From an uncultured Candidatus Saccharibacteria bacterium (GTDB lineage: Bacteria > Patescibacteriota > WWE3 > 2-01-FULL-39-13), in contig OZ246395.1 in NCBI GenBank assembly GCA_965230915.1, positions 298,181-337,534 of the forward strand: a stretch of 39,354 nt of DNA, given 5' to 3'. The translations under genes were made by a program, and so were the position numbers. Position 1 is the stretch's first letter, and each line of letters starts with the position of its first letter. Shown piece by piece: positions 10,599 through 19,598 of the stretch. The notes under the pieces were generated by a model. It ran no database searches and was not told where the DNA came from. It worked only from the letters and a program-made list of their open reading frames with translations.

Positions 10599-11432
10599 AT
10601 GTTATTGATTTACCTTTTTGCTTTCTTTGTATTTTTATTTATAGGGTCATTTTTGGGAGTTATAGTTGATCGTGTTTATCGTGGTGAGCAGTTTGTAGCA
10701 GGTCAATCATACTGCGAGAGTTGCAAGCATACACTTGGCTTTTGGGACTTAATTCCAATTTTTTCTTTTTTATTCTTGGCAGGAAAATGTCGTTACTGTA
10801 GTAAAAAAATACCAGTTTGGCTTCCGATTACCGAACTTTTAACATCTTCAGCATTAACAGCAACTCTATATTATGTAATTGAAGGGAAATATTTTTCTTA
10901 TTTTTCGGAATATTATTTCGGATTCCCCTACTCTGCGACTCTTACCATCCAGATCGTAATTGCATTGGTTATAACTTCTCTTTTTATTTTGATTTTTCTT
11001 ACAGATGCGAAGCATATGGTGATTCCGGATGTTTATATGTATCTTCTCGCGGCAATTTATCCGTTTTATTTAATATTCTTTAAGTTCCAAGTTGGTTGGC
11101 CACAGAATTTTTTAATTATTAAGGATAATTTAACCGCCGCGATAATTTTGGGTGCGTTTTTTGCAGTAATACATTATGGCAGTCGCAAAAAAGCCATGGG
11201 CGAAGGTGATATTTATTTAGCTGGATTAATCGGTCTGTACTTAGGAACAACACTATCAATTGTTATGTGGTTTATGGCTTTCTTGACAGGTGCTATGTAC
11301 GGGGTAATATTATTACTAAGCGGAAAAAAGAAAATGCGCAGCGCTGTTCCCTTTGGACCTTTTCTAATTTTGGGAATGTATATTTCATTTGTATGGGGAC
11401 AACAGTTTTTAAATTGGTATTTTAGTATTTAA
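10599..11432 (+). CDS. pilD: Prepilin peptidase / N-methyltransferase PilD (peptidase A24)
   Basis: 277 aa and polytopic. N-terminal Zn-binding CESCKHTL...CRYCSKKI (DiS-P-DiS type), then the A24 aspartates in TDAKHMVIPD and MGEGDIYLAG. Confidence 0.85.
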   Translation: MLLIYLFAFFVFLFIGSFLGVIVDRVYRGEQFVAGQSYCESCKHTLGFWDLIPIFSFLFLAGKCRYCSKKIPVWLPITELLTSSALTATLYYVIEGKYFSYFSEYYFGFPYSATLTIQIVIALVITSLFILIFLTDAKHMVIPDVYMYLLAAIYPFYLIFFKFQVGWPQNFLIIKDNLTAAIILGAFFAVIHYGSRKKAMGEGDIYLAGLIGLYLGTTLSIVMWFMAFLTGAMYGVILLLSGKKKMRSAVPFGPFLILGMYISFVWGQQFLNWYFSI

Positions 11433-11503
11433 TTATTTTTTTAGTTTTATCATATTTAAAACTAAAAAAACCAGCGATTAACAATCAATCGCACTAAATA
11501 ATA

Positions 11504-12073
11504 ATGTCCTGCCCGACATCCCAAAAAATAAATAATAAAAGAGGCTTCACTTTAGTCGAAGTCTTGCTTGTGCTAGTTATCATAAGTATTATGGCCGGTC
11601 TTCTGATCACAGTTATCGATCCTGTAAAACAAAGAGGACGTGCTCGAGATGGAACAATTATCGCAACTTCGAATAAAATAATTGCGGCAGTTCAGGCATA
11701 TAACAGTGCAATTGGTTCATATCCAACTTGCGTTACGCTAGTTGGAGGTACATCTCCCGAGGTTCAGAATGCAGCATCTTTAACAGGCTGTACTGCTGGC
11801 GAAGGGTCATTCTCTATAAATGGACTTGTGACTCCAATTGATGTTTGCGACGCAGCATTTTATGCAGCTGGTACAACATCTGGGGCATGTAAATTCAGAT
11901 ACGAATCAAGCGGAACGAGAGCCTGCCTTGGTATAAGACTTAATTACCCGGTCGATTTGAATAACGACGGGACACCTGGTCAGTATTTATTCTGGGATAG
12001 TGCAACCGCAGCTAACGGTGGAACAAACGGTGCAGTTTCAGATGCTACAACTGGTACTTGCAACGTTATATAG
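11504..12073 (+). CDS. Type IV pilin-like protein
   Basis: MSCPTSQKINNKRG/FTLVEVLLVLVIISIMAGL prepilin motif. The IDPVKQRGRARDG block is shared with its neighbours. 6 Cys in the globular part. Confidence 0.8.
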   Translation: MSCPTSQKINNKRGFTLVEVLLVLVIISIMAGLLITVIDPVKQRGRARDGTIIATSNKIIAAVQAYNSAIGSYPTCVTLVGGTSPEVQNAASLTGCTAGEGSFSINGLVTPIDVCDAAFYAAGTTSGACKFRYESSGTRACLGIRLNYPVDLNNDGTPGQYLFWDSATAANGGTNGAVSDATTGTCNVI

Positions 12074-12090
12074 TTTAGCTTTTTAACTAT

Positions 12091-12621
12091 ATGATATTAA
12101 GCCCAAAGCAATTAAAAGGATTAACACTTGTTGAGCTTCTAATTGTTCTTGGGCTTATTGTGATTCTAGCCGGAATCGCAGTTGTGGTTATTAATCCTGC
12201 AAAGCAAAGAAATCGCGCAAAAGACGGCGTCTTGCAAAATGCTATTTCAAGTATCGGACAAACATTCGAATCATTTTATGGCCTAAAGGGCTACTACCCT
12301 ACAACAGCTCAAGCATCAGAAATTGTTCCATATATTCAAGGTTTTACTGTAAATACCGCTGTTACTCCCGTTACTTTTTATAATGCAGCCGTAAATACTG
12401 GGATTAATGTTTCAGATGCAGCAGCTACAAATGGAATAATTAGGTATTATCCTAACGATTTTAACGGTGACGGAATTTATGACCTTCCCTGTTTGCAAGC
12501 ATATTCTAACGTGGATTCAGCACGATATATTGCTTGGGCTCCGGGTTATGGAGTCAAAGAATTAGCGCAAAGTTGTCACACGTCAGGGGGTTATACAGAA
12601 TTAACGGGAATCACACCGTAA
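12091..12621 (+). CDS. Type IV pilin-like protein
   Basis: MILSPKQLKG/LTLVELLIVLGLIVILAGI, followed by INPAKQRNRAKDG. Confidence 0.75.
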   Translation: MILSPKQLKGLTLVELLIVLGLIVILAGIAVVVINPAKQRNRAKDGVLQNAISSIGQTFESFYGLKGYYPTTAQASEIVPYIQGFTVNTAVTPVTFYNAAVNTGINVSDAAATNGIIRYYPNDFNGDGIYDLPCLQAYSNVDSARYIAWAPGYGVKELAQSCHTSGGYTELTGITP

Positions 12622-12628
12622 TAAAATA

Positions 12629-14488
12629 ATGCGAACATGCAAAGCTTACACACTGGTAGAAATATTAATTGTAATGGGGATCGTTTTGATCCTTTCTGGG
12701 ATTGTTATTACTGTTATAAATCCTCGAGGGCAAAGAGATAGGGCAAAAGATACAGCTATTAAAAAATCTGTAAATGATATTGCTGCTGCAATAGAAGTTT
12801 TTAAAGCTTCGACTGGGCGTTATCCTTCAAATTCTGACGTATCATATTTACAACCATATGTGGGGAGTTCCTTTACTGTTTATTTATCAGGTAGTTTGCT
12901 TGGATTTTATAGCCCAAGTATCGAAAATGGAACTAGTAGCAATTCAATTTTCTGGGATCCGAACTCAACTTGTTTGCAGTCAACTCTAAACGAGACGACT
13001 GCAGGAACAGTATATTGGACCCCAAGTACGAAAGTTCAGACGGGTGCTACAGGTTGTAGTGCTTCGATCGCGTCAGCCTCTGCTTCATCTAGTGCCCCAC
13101 CTACTATAGTTGCAGGAAGTTCGGGAAATCCTGTTGCTCCGGTTAGTAACGAATTTAATCAGGCATCGAGTAATCCAAATGCATTAGTGGCTTATTACAA
13201 AATGGATGAAACAAGCGGTACTGTAATGGCTGATTCCTCTGGCAAAAATAATAACGGGACTTACGAAAACGGTGTTACTTTTGATTTAGGTGTGAAAGAT
13301 GGAGCTATGAGACTTAATGGCGTTAATCAATACGCCAAAGTTCCAAATTTGCTCGGGAATCCAAGGTCTGTTACTTTGAGTGCTTGGGTTAATATTGACA
13401 GTATGCCCGCATCTCAAGGTTCAGAAGTAGTTTCTATTGGCGATAATATAGCGATGCGTGTTTTACCCAATAAGCTTCACTTTTTTTATCATAACTCTAC
13501 TACATGGGTATATCTTGAATCGACTGCACCTGAAGCACTGATCGTGGGCAAAGGCTGGACCAATTTAGTTTTTGTTTTTGATGATAATAATAACTCGCAA
13601 AAGATGTATGTTAACGGTGTCGAGTTAACGAGTAACAGTAATACTGAAAGTATTGTCTATGCAGGACTTGGGACTATAACCTCTATTGGTAATCATGCAA
13701 ACCCAACAACTATGAATTGGTGGTTTGACGGCCGCATAGATGAAGTTAAAGTTTGGAATTACGCTCGTTCTGCTTCCCAAATTACTGCTGACTATAATTC
13801 TTCGAAATTGGCCAATCTTACAAACCCATACATTTATTACAAATTTAACGAGGGTACAGGAACAGTTGCTGCAAGTACTCCGTCGTCGGGTGGAAACGCA
13901 ACTTTGGTAAATATGGCATCTCCCGCAACAGCAACTTCGGGTTGGACTTCAACTACAGCTGGTAAATTTGATAGAGCGGTAAGCTTTGATGGAACTAATG
14001 ATTATGTTCTGTCAGCAACTCCAACAACCAGTTCTACTTCTTCGTTAAGCTATAGCATGTGGATATATGTAAATTCATATACTAATGGTGCGGCTGGTGA
14101 TGGTTCAGGCACTTATTTTATAGATAGGACAACTGCCACCGTTGGAATTTTGAGTCTAAAAGCTGTCGGTAGTCGATGGTGCTGGCAAATTAGGTATAAC
14201 AATAATACAGGGATAACTTGTGTAGTTGGCGGAACAATTCAGACAGGTCAATGGGTTCACTTAGCATTAGTTCGTGATGTCGCGGGAAGTAAGTTTGTTA
14301 TGTATACAAATGGTGTCGCCGGTGGCGCAAGGGTTGATACTAAAGGGGCATTGACGCCGCCTACTCCTAAAATAGGGATTCACCAAGGAAATTCTGCTGC
14401 AAGTGCATTTAACGGAAAAATCGATGACTTTAGGATTTTTAATTATGCATTAACTTCTGACCAAGTTAATGCAGATTACAGAAGGTAG
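12629..14488 (+). CDS. Pilin-like protein fused to two LamG/concanavalin-A-like (Laminin_G_3) domains; candidate pilus adhesin
   Basis: 619 aa. N-terminus MRTCKA/YTLVEILIVMGIVLILSGI plus INPRGQRDRAKD. An Ala/Ser/Pro linker (ASIASASASSSAPPTIVAG) follows. Then come two LamG-type units: LVAYYKMDETSGTVMADSSGKNNNG...VTLSAWVNID...GRIDEVKVWNYARSASQI and YIYYKFNEGTGTVAAS...SYSMWIYVNS...GKIDDFRIFNYALTSDQV. Confidence 0.75.
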   Translation: MRTCKAYTLVEILIVMGIVLILSGIVITVINPRGQRDRAKDTAIKKSVNDIAAAIEVFKASTGRYPSNSDVSYLQPYVGSSFTVYLSGSLLGFYSPSIENGTSSNSIFWDPNSTCLQSTLNETTAGTVYWTPSTKVQTGATGCSASIASASASSSAPPTIVAGSSGNPVAPVSNEFNQASSNPNALVAYYKMDETSGTVMADSSGKNNNGTYENGVTFDLGVKDGAMRLNGVNQYAKVPNLLGNPRSVTLSAWVNIDSMPASQGSEVVSIGDNIAMRVLPNKLHFFYHNSTTWVYLESTAPEALIVGKGWTNLVFVFDDNNNSQKMYVNGVELTSNSNTESIVYAGLGTITSIGNHANPTTMNWWFDGRIDEVKVWNYARSASQITADYNSSKLANLTNPYIYYKFNEGTGTVAASTPSSGGNATLVNMASPATATSGWTSTTAGKFDRAVSFDGTNDYVLSATPTTSSTSSLSYSMWIYVNSYTNGAAGDGSGTYFIDRTTATVGILSLKAVGSRWCWQIRYNNNTGITCVVGGTIQTGQWVHLALVRDVAGSKFVMYTNGVAGGARVDTKGALTPPTPKIGIHQGNSAASAFNGKIDDFRIFNYALTSDQVNADYRR

Positions 14489-14525
14489 CCTTTACGATTC
14501 AGTTTATATTGCTTAATATTAGTGT

Positions 14526-15113
14526 ATGCCCAAATTGTTTCTACCCTACTCTTCTAAAAAAGCACTCACTTCGTTAGCTGTTTTTGTCTTGCCTAGTCAA
14601 AATAAAAAGGGTTTTACATTAGTTGAAATTCTAGTCGTTATTGGAATTATTACTATTTTATCTGCTCTTGTTATAACTGCACTAAACCCTGCACAACTAA
14701 GAAAATCGGCCCGTGATACAAATCGCAAAAAAGATATTGCAATTATTTCTAACGCACTAGAACAATATTATGCAGATAATAATGCTTATCCAAACGTTGG
14801 CACTGGTGGGCTTAATTGTTTAGCCACTATTCTTAATGGAACAGATACCAATTGTGCTACATCAGGGGCCCCAACGGGAACAGTATTTTTAAAATCGGTT
14901 CCGAAAAGTCAGTCTGCGCCTACTACTCCGGTTGAATATTGTTACACAAGTTTAGGTGCTACTCGCCAAGGCTATGTAATTTGTGCTCCGATCGAAGCAG
15001 AACTTACCACAACAAGTGTAGGTGGCGATGGTTCAACAACTTGTACGCCGACTCCTCCAACTGGCGTTGCTGCAACTGACATTGGATTATATTGTATTGA
15101 AAATCCATTTTAA
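14526..15113 (+). CDS. Type IV pilin-like protein (long leader, or alternative TTG start at 14589)
   Basis: NKKG/FTLVEILVVIGIITILSAL plus LNPAQLRKSARD. From ATG 14526 the leader is 29 aa. An in-frame TTG at 14589 would give a conventional 8-aa leader, MPSQNKKG. Confidence 0.75.
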   Translation: MPKLFLPYSSKKALTSLAVFVLPSQNKKGFTLVEILVVIGIITILSALVITALNPAQLRKSARDTNRKKDIAIISNALEQYYADNNAYPNVGTGGLNCLATILNGTDTNCATSGAPTGTVFLKSVPKSQSAPTTPVEYCYTSLGATRQGYVICAPIEAELTTTSVGGDGSTTCTPTPPTGVAATDIGLYCIENPF

Positions 15114-15121
15114 TTCGGTAA

Positions 15122-15685
15122 ATGACAAGTTATATAACTAATAAAAAGAAATCCTCTAATAAAGTTAGAATAAATAACAAATTTAAGCTGGGTGTTACAT
15201 TAGTTGAACTTTTAATTGTAGTTGGAATTATTACAATAGTGTCTTTGGCAATAATTCCATCTTATTTAGATTTTGCTGAGAAAAAAGATTTTAATAATAA
15301 AGTCGAAACTGTAGTCTCAGAAGTGATGAATGTTAGAAATAAAGCCCTTGCTGGAGCAGTTTATATAACTGGTAGTGGGACTACTGAGGAAGTTAACTGG
15401 GGAATAGTTCCACGTCAGAATTGTGATCTAAGGGTTTATGACCTAGGATATGTATATCCTGATGATGATACTCTACACATAGTTTCTTCTCAGACTCTTC
15501 CTGATAGCGTATCTTTTGCAAGAGATAGTGGTGGTCAATGTGATTTAATAATTTTCGAAAGATTAAAAGGAACTCCGATTCTTGATACTGCGAACGGGGA
15601 AACCTTTATGGAAATTAATTTAAGATATAAATCTATGTCCAGAAGAATTATTGTTAATAGCTCAGGTCGTGTAAGCTATAATTAG
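15122..15685 (+). CDS. Minor pilin, GspH/FimT-like
   Basis: KFKLG/VTLVELLIVVGIITIVSLAIIPSYLDFAEKKDFNNKVETVVSEVMNVRNKAL has the typical GspH/FimT N-terminal layout. The leader is 24 aa. Confidence 0.65.
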   Translation: MTSYITNKKKSSNKVRINNKFKLGVTLVELLIVVGIITIVSLAIIPSYLDFAEKKDFNNKVETVVSEVMNVRNKALAGAVYITGSGTTEEVNWGIVPRQNCDLRVYDLGYVYPDDDTLHIVSSQTLPDSVSFARDSGGQCDLIIFERLKGTPILDTANGETFMEINLRYKSMSRRIIVNSSGRVSYN

Positions 15686-15808
15686 TTGTGTTTGAATTAT
15701 TTTCTTTAAAAAACGTCCTCGACCTAAATAGTCTTCGACGGATGGAAAGACTGCGGAATGTTTTTTTGCGAAAATAATTCAAACACATGCAGAGTTAGTA
15801 TTAAAAAA

Positions 15809-16351
15809 ATGTCAAAGACTGCCCAAAAAATTTTAAGGTCCCCTACTCTATCTAATCACTCAGGACAAAGCATTGTTGAAGTTGTTTTATCGTTAGGAGT
15901 TGCGGCTCTTGTTATTGGTGCACTAATTGTGTTGGGCACTGTATCACTTCGTACAGCTTTATCATCAGCAAGAAGAACAGAAGGAACTCGTATTGCAGTC
16001 TCAGGTCTTGAAGCTATGAGATATTTACGTGATACCCAAGGTTTTTCTCAGCTAACTGCAGGGTGTTTTCAGATCAGTACAACTGGAGCTATTACAAAAA
16101 TGACTGGGGCTAATGGCGCATGTGCGACCGAACCTACTGGTTGGCAGACAATCGATTTAACAAATTCTGCGTCTAAATCAATTTTTAAAAGACGAATTAG
16201 AGTGGTCAATTATCCTTCTGGAGCAGCAGCATCCAGCCCAATGAGAAAAGTCACCGTAACGGTTCGTTGGCCCGAAGGTTCTGGGGAAAGTGTCGGCGGC
16301 GAAGCAAACCAAAGAAGTGTTGAAATGTCAGTTGTTTTATCGTCATGGTAA
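15809..16351 (+). CDS. Minor pilin, PilV-like
   Basis: MSKTAQKILRSPTLSNHSG/QSIVEVVLSLGVAALVIGALIVLG. The ORF track extends it to 15758. I prefer ATG 15809 because TAGTAT (15796..15801) lies exactly 7 nt upstream of it. Confidence 0.6.
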   Translation: MSKTAQKILRSPTLSNHSGQSIVEVVLSLGVAALVIGALIVLGTVSLRTALSSARRTEGTRIAVSGLEAMRYLRDTQGFSQLTAGCFQISTTGAITKMTGANGACATEPTGWQTIDLTNSASKSIFKRRIRVVNYPSGAAASSPMRKVTVTVRWPEGSGESVGGEANQRSVEMSVVLSSW

Positions 16352-17058
16352 AAAATAATATTAGAAATAAGAAAACACTCACTTCATTAGCTGTTTTTAG
16401 TTTGCCTAGGCATACTAAAAAAGCATTTACTCTAATTGAATTGACCATTTCTATGGGAATATTAGCGCTGATTGTTGGCTTAACTGCAGGAGTTTTAATT
16501 TCGGTTGTTAAGTCATACCAAAAACAGAAAATTGTGTCAGAAATTGAGCGTAACGGAGATTTTATTATAAGATCAATTGAAGAAAGTTTACGTGGTGCAC
16601 AGAATATTTCATGTATGACGTTTTCTGGTGCTACAGTTGCACCTAATGGTGATGGCTCAACTACATGTAATTTAGGTGCATCCGGAGCTGGAAGAATTCT
16701 GCATGTATCTGACCCGCTTCGAGACAAATATTTTGGAAATGGTTCTGATTCTAGCTCATCTACATATACTGGCGCGTGTGTAAATCCGGGAAGAAACTGT
16801 TATGCATTTTCTCTAGACGCTGCAAATCAAATTCAATCTGATGGAACTTTGTTAAATGATTACAGTAAAATGACAAATTCATCTTCAGTAAATGGCGTGA
16901 ATGTAAGCAGATTTTTAGTTACAATAAATGGTGGAGGTGCAGGTGGCGCTCCATACAATATTGCTGTTACAATAGATGTTAAGGGACCCGATGGTTCTGC
17001 ATGGGCCAACGAAACAAGAACTTTTCAGAGCTTCTTAACTCTAAGAGGAACTTATTAA
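16345..17058 (+). CDS. Minor pilin, PilW-like (alternative TTG start at 16402)
   Basis: HTKKA/FTLIELTISMGILALIVGLTAGVLISV. ATG 16345 overlaps the upstream stop (ATGGTAA). An in-frame TTG at 16402 gives the leader MPRHTKKA. Confidence 0.65.
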   Translation: MVKNNIRNKKTLTSLAVFSLPRHTKKAFTLIELTISMGILALIVGLTAGVLISVVKSYQKQKIVSEIERNGDFIIRSIEESLRGAQNISCMTFSGATVAPNGDGSTTCNLGASGAGRILHVSDPLRDKYFGNGSDSSSSTYTGACVNPGRNCYAFSLDAANQIQSDGTLLNDYSKMTNSSSVNGVNVSRFLVTINGGGAGGAPYNIAVTIDVKGPDGSAWANETRTFQSFLTLRGTY

Positions 17059-17060
17059 AA

Positions 17061-17906
17061 ATGTTAATAAAACAACACAAATCTGGACAAGCAACAATCG
17101 TTTTAATCGTCGTTACTATGATGACTGTCTTAGGCGTTGCAGTTGCGTCCTCATCTCAATCTAGAATTAATTTACGTGATACGGTTTATTCAACTCAAAC
17201 TGTTCAAGCTCTTTCATGTGCCGAAGCTGGTGCAGATCGTGCTCTAGTAGATAGCTCTATAACTTCTGATCAGGTCCTTAACCCTTCTCCAAAGACAATT
17301 GCATCAACAGACGGTTCTGGATCATATACTGTAGAAGGATGTGATAGTTATCAAACACAAATCGCAAATTATCCTACATCTAATCCTGGAAAAGTTACAA
17401 TTTTGAGTATCCCTGAAGGTAATACCCAAGAATTTAACATTTCTGGTTTTACAGGTAGTTCTAAAGAAATTAAATTTAAATCTAATAATCCAACAACAAA
17501 TGCTGCAGTCGCTGTTTACGTATATTCAGGAACTGCTGCAGCGCCAGTAGTAACAAGAACTATGGTTTTCTGTAACGATAATCAGTCAAATCAAAAACCA
17601 CAAGATTTTACGGAGGTTACCTCAACCGGCACTATTACACTTGATGATGGAACTACTACCGTTGATCATGCTTGTGCAATAAATGTTTCTATTCCTGCAA
17701 GCCCAATCGTTATGAGAGTTCGACCATTGTATGCTGATGTATTATTCCAGGTTCCAAGTTTTCAAGGAAATACCGGATATAAGATTACATCTAATGGTAC
17801 GTCTGGTCAGGTTCAAAGAACCGTAACTGTTACAAGATTTTATGGTCAGTTATCCGGATCATTCGATGAAGCAATCGTTTCCGGCGAAACTATCGAAGAT
17901 AATTAA
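17061..17906 (+). CDS. Minor pilin, PilX-like (PilX_N type, no Glu+5)
   Basis: MLIKQHKSG/QATIVLIVVTMMTVLGVAVASSS, followed by QALSCAEAGADRAL, which matches the PilX N-terminal domain pattern. ATG 17061 sits 2 nt after the upstream stop. The track start at 17001 would overlap pilW by 58 nt. Confidence 0.65.
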   Translation: MLIKQHKSGQATIVLIVVTMMTVLGVAVASSSQSRINLRDTVYSTQTVQALSCAEAGADRALVDSSITSDQVLNPSPKTIASTDGSGSYTVEGCDSYQTQIANYPTSNPGKVTILSIPEGNTQEFNISGFTGSSKEIKFKSNNPTTNAAVAVYVYSGTAAAPVVTRTMVFCNDNQSNQKPQDFTEVTSTGTITLDDGTTTVDHACAINVSIPASPIVMRVRPLYADVLFQVPSFQGNTGYKITSNGTSGQVQRTVTVTRFYGQLSGSFDEAIVSGETIEDN

Positions 17907-17926
17907 TTTATGTTAAATTAAATCAA

Positions 17927-18553
17927 ATGCCTAGCCCTTCCCTTAATCAAACTCCCTATCAAGCCACTGAACCCAACAAGCCTTTTTTAAAAGGAAAGAA
18001 ACGCAAATTCATACTTTTATTTACTATGCTAGTTGTTGCAGGGTTCTTAGCGTACGCAACTACAAAACGACAAAATATCACTCAAGGTATTCAAAATATA
18101 TTTAACAATCCCCAAGAAACTTCAACAGATATTGTAAATAAAGATACTGGGGAATTAAACGAATCAACCATAAATGATATTTCTAATTTAACAGTAGAAA
18201 AAGTAAGAGAGGCATCTGAATCAAATGGAGTAAATGCTTATAATGCCCCTAACCTATCAGAAACCGAAACTCAGAATAAAATTCTAGAACAAGTCGGAAA
18301 TACCGAACCTCAAAATTATGATGTCAGTTATAGCGACTATGGTCTTAGCTTGCCTTCTCTAGAAGTAAAACAGGGCGATATGGTTACTTGGACAAATGCA
18401 TCTAGTTCTCCTATGAAAGTTATGGGCGAAGGCTGGCAAAGCGCTTCTGATCGTGAGCCTGGGGAAAGATTTACATATACTTTTTATTTTTTAGGCGAAA
18501 ATAAATATAAAATTAATGACACTGTCGAGGGTGTTATCGTTGTCGTTAAATAG
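17927..18553 (+). CDS. N-terminally anchored protein with cupredoxin-like C-terminal domain lacking Cu ligands
   Basis: TM anchor FILLFTMLVVAGFLAYATT. The C-terminal LSLPSLEVKQGDMVTWTNASSSPMKVMGEGW...GERFTYTFYFLGENKYKINDTVEGVIVVVK follows the plastocyanin/EfeO-cupredoxin strand pattern. No His or Cys occupies the ligand positions. Confidence 0.45.
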   Translation: MPSPSLNQTPYQATEPNKPFLKGKKRKFILLFTMLVVAGFLAYATTKRQNITQGIQNIFNNPQETSTDIVNKDTGELNESTINDISNLTVEKVREASESNGVNAYNAPNLSETETQNKILEQVGNTEPQNYDVSYSDYGLSLPSLEVKQGDMVTWTNASSSPMKVMGEGWQSASDREPGERFTYTFYFLGENKYKINDTVEGVIVVVK

Positions 18554-18632
18554 AAAATTCCTTTTATTCATGGGCTTTTTTAAATGTATGCCCTTTTTTC
18601 ACAACCCTCAAAAGACCCTATAGTATTGACAC

Positions 18633-19514
18633 TTGGGACTATCTATGTTACTTTTGCGATATATGGAAATGTACGTAGAGCCTGTTAATACAAATCAAGA
18701 TATTTACTCAGTAAGCGAATCTGCCTATGTTAGAGATGTAAGAAGTATGGGAATTCCCGCAACATTTGGTAGTCCGGATATTATGGACTATATCGACAAT
18801 GATGGGTTTTTAAAGCAACAAAACGATAGAATAGATGCACAGGAAATTGAGCAATCTAACTATATTGAAGTATATTCTGAATCAACTGGTATCCTTGTAA
18901 GAGTTCCAGAAAACATTTTCACTTTTCAAGATGATAATGCTAAGCAATCATATATTGATTCTGTTAATGCATTTTTAAATTCTACAAAGGGTTATTTCGA
19001 ATTTTCAGTGGCTCACGAAGAATTATCTACCCTACCTATCCCAACATCTCCTAGAGTTGTTGCTGATAAATTATTTGCCTTACTTGAAGGAAATCTTAGA
19101 CCGAATGCAGATCCGGCTATACCTTTTGAGCTTAAAACACCTGAAGTAGGTTTTGATACTCCCCAGGATAAATATTTTGTTCGTGAATTTGCGGACGGGG
19201 AAAATAATTTAATGCTAGAGTGCCAGGGAGTTCGACTTACCGGCGGTATGGAAATATGTTTTGTAGATAATGATCAGGATTCTAAAATGAATATTATGAA
19301 AGGTATCGAGCCACAGACAATTGCTACAGCTTTACTTGCACTTGGTGAAATCGGACAAGAGTATCCATATGTTATGGATTCAATAATTGCTGAACTTGTT
19401 GAGAATGGAAAAATTTATGCCAATTTAGAAGTAGTTGAAGAGTTTGTAAAAGATTATGTTAAGAATATGGCGCCTGTAATGCCTGCAAAAAAATATCCGT
19501 ATACCCAACTATAA
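18633..19514 (+). CDS. Hypothetical acidic protein, no signal peptide
   Basis: 293-aa ORF starting at TTG 18633. In-frame ATGs at 18645, 18663 and 18669 are equally possible. No recognisable motif. Confidence 0.45.
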   Translation: MGLSMLLLRYMEMYVEPVNTNQDIYSVSESAYVRDVRSMGIPATFGSPDIMDYIDNDGFLKQQNDRIDAQEIEQSNYIEVYSESTGILVRVPENIFTFQDDNAKQSYIDSVNAFLNSTKGYFEFSVAHEELSTLPIPTSPRVVADKLFALLEGNLRPNADPAIPFELKTPEVGFDTPQDKYFVREFADGENNLMLECQGVRLTGGMEICFVDNDQDSKMNIMKGIEPQTIATALLALGEIGQEYPYVMDSIIAELVENGKIYANLEVVEEFVKDYVKNMAPVMPAKKYPYTQL

Positions 19515-19598
19515 GATGTGGTTGTGTGATCCTATTGATATTGCCGCGTTACAAAGTTTGAATTGAAGTCATAAGTATATAGTTAAAATTATTTAAAT

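Noticed and set aside
18626-18631. A perfect TTGACA hexamer upstream of ORF 18633, considered as a -35 box.
   Set aside because: No acceptable -10 lies at 16-18 nt spacing (TACTTT at best). The hexamer also sits only 1 nt from the putative TTG start.
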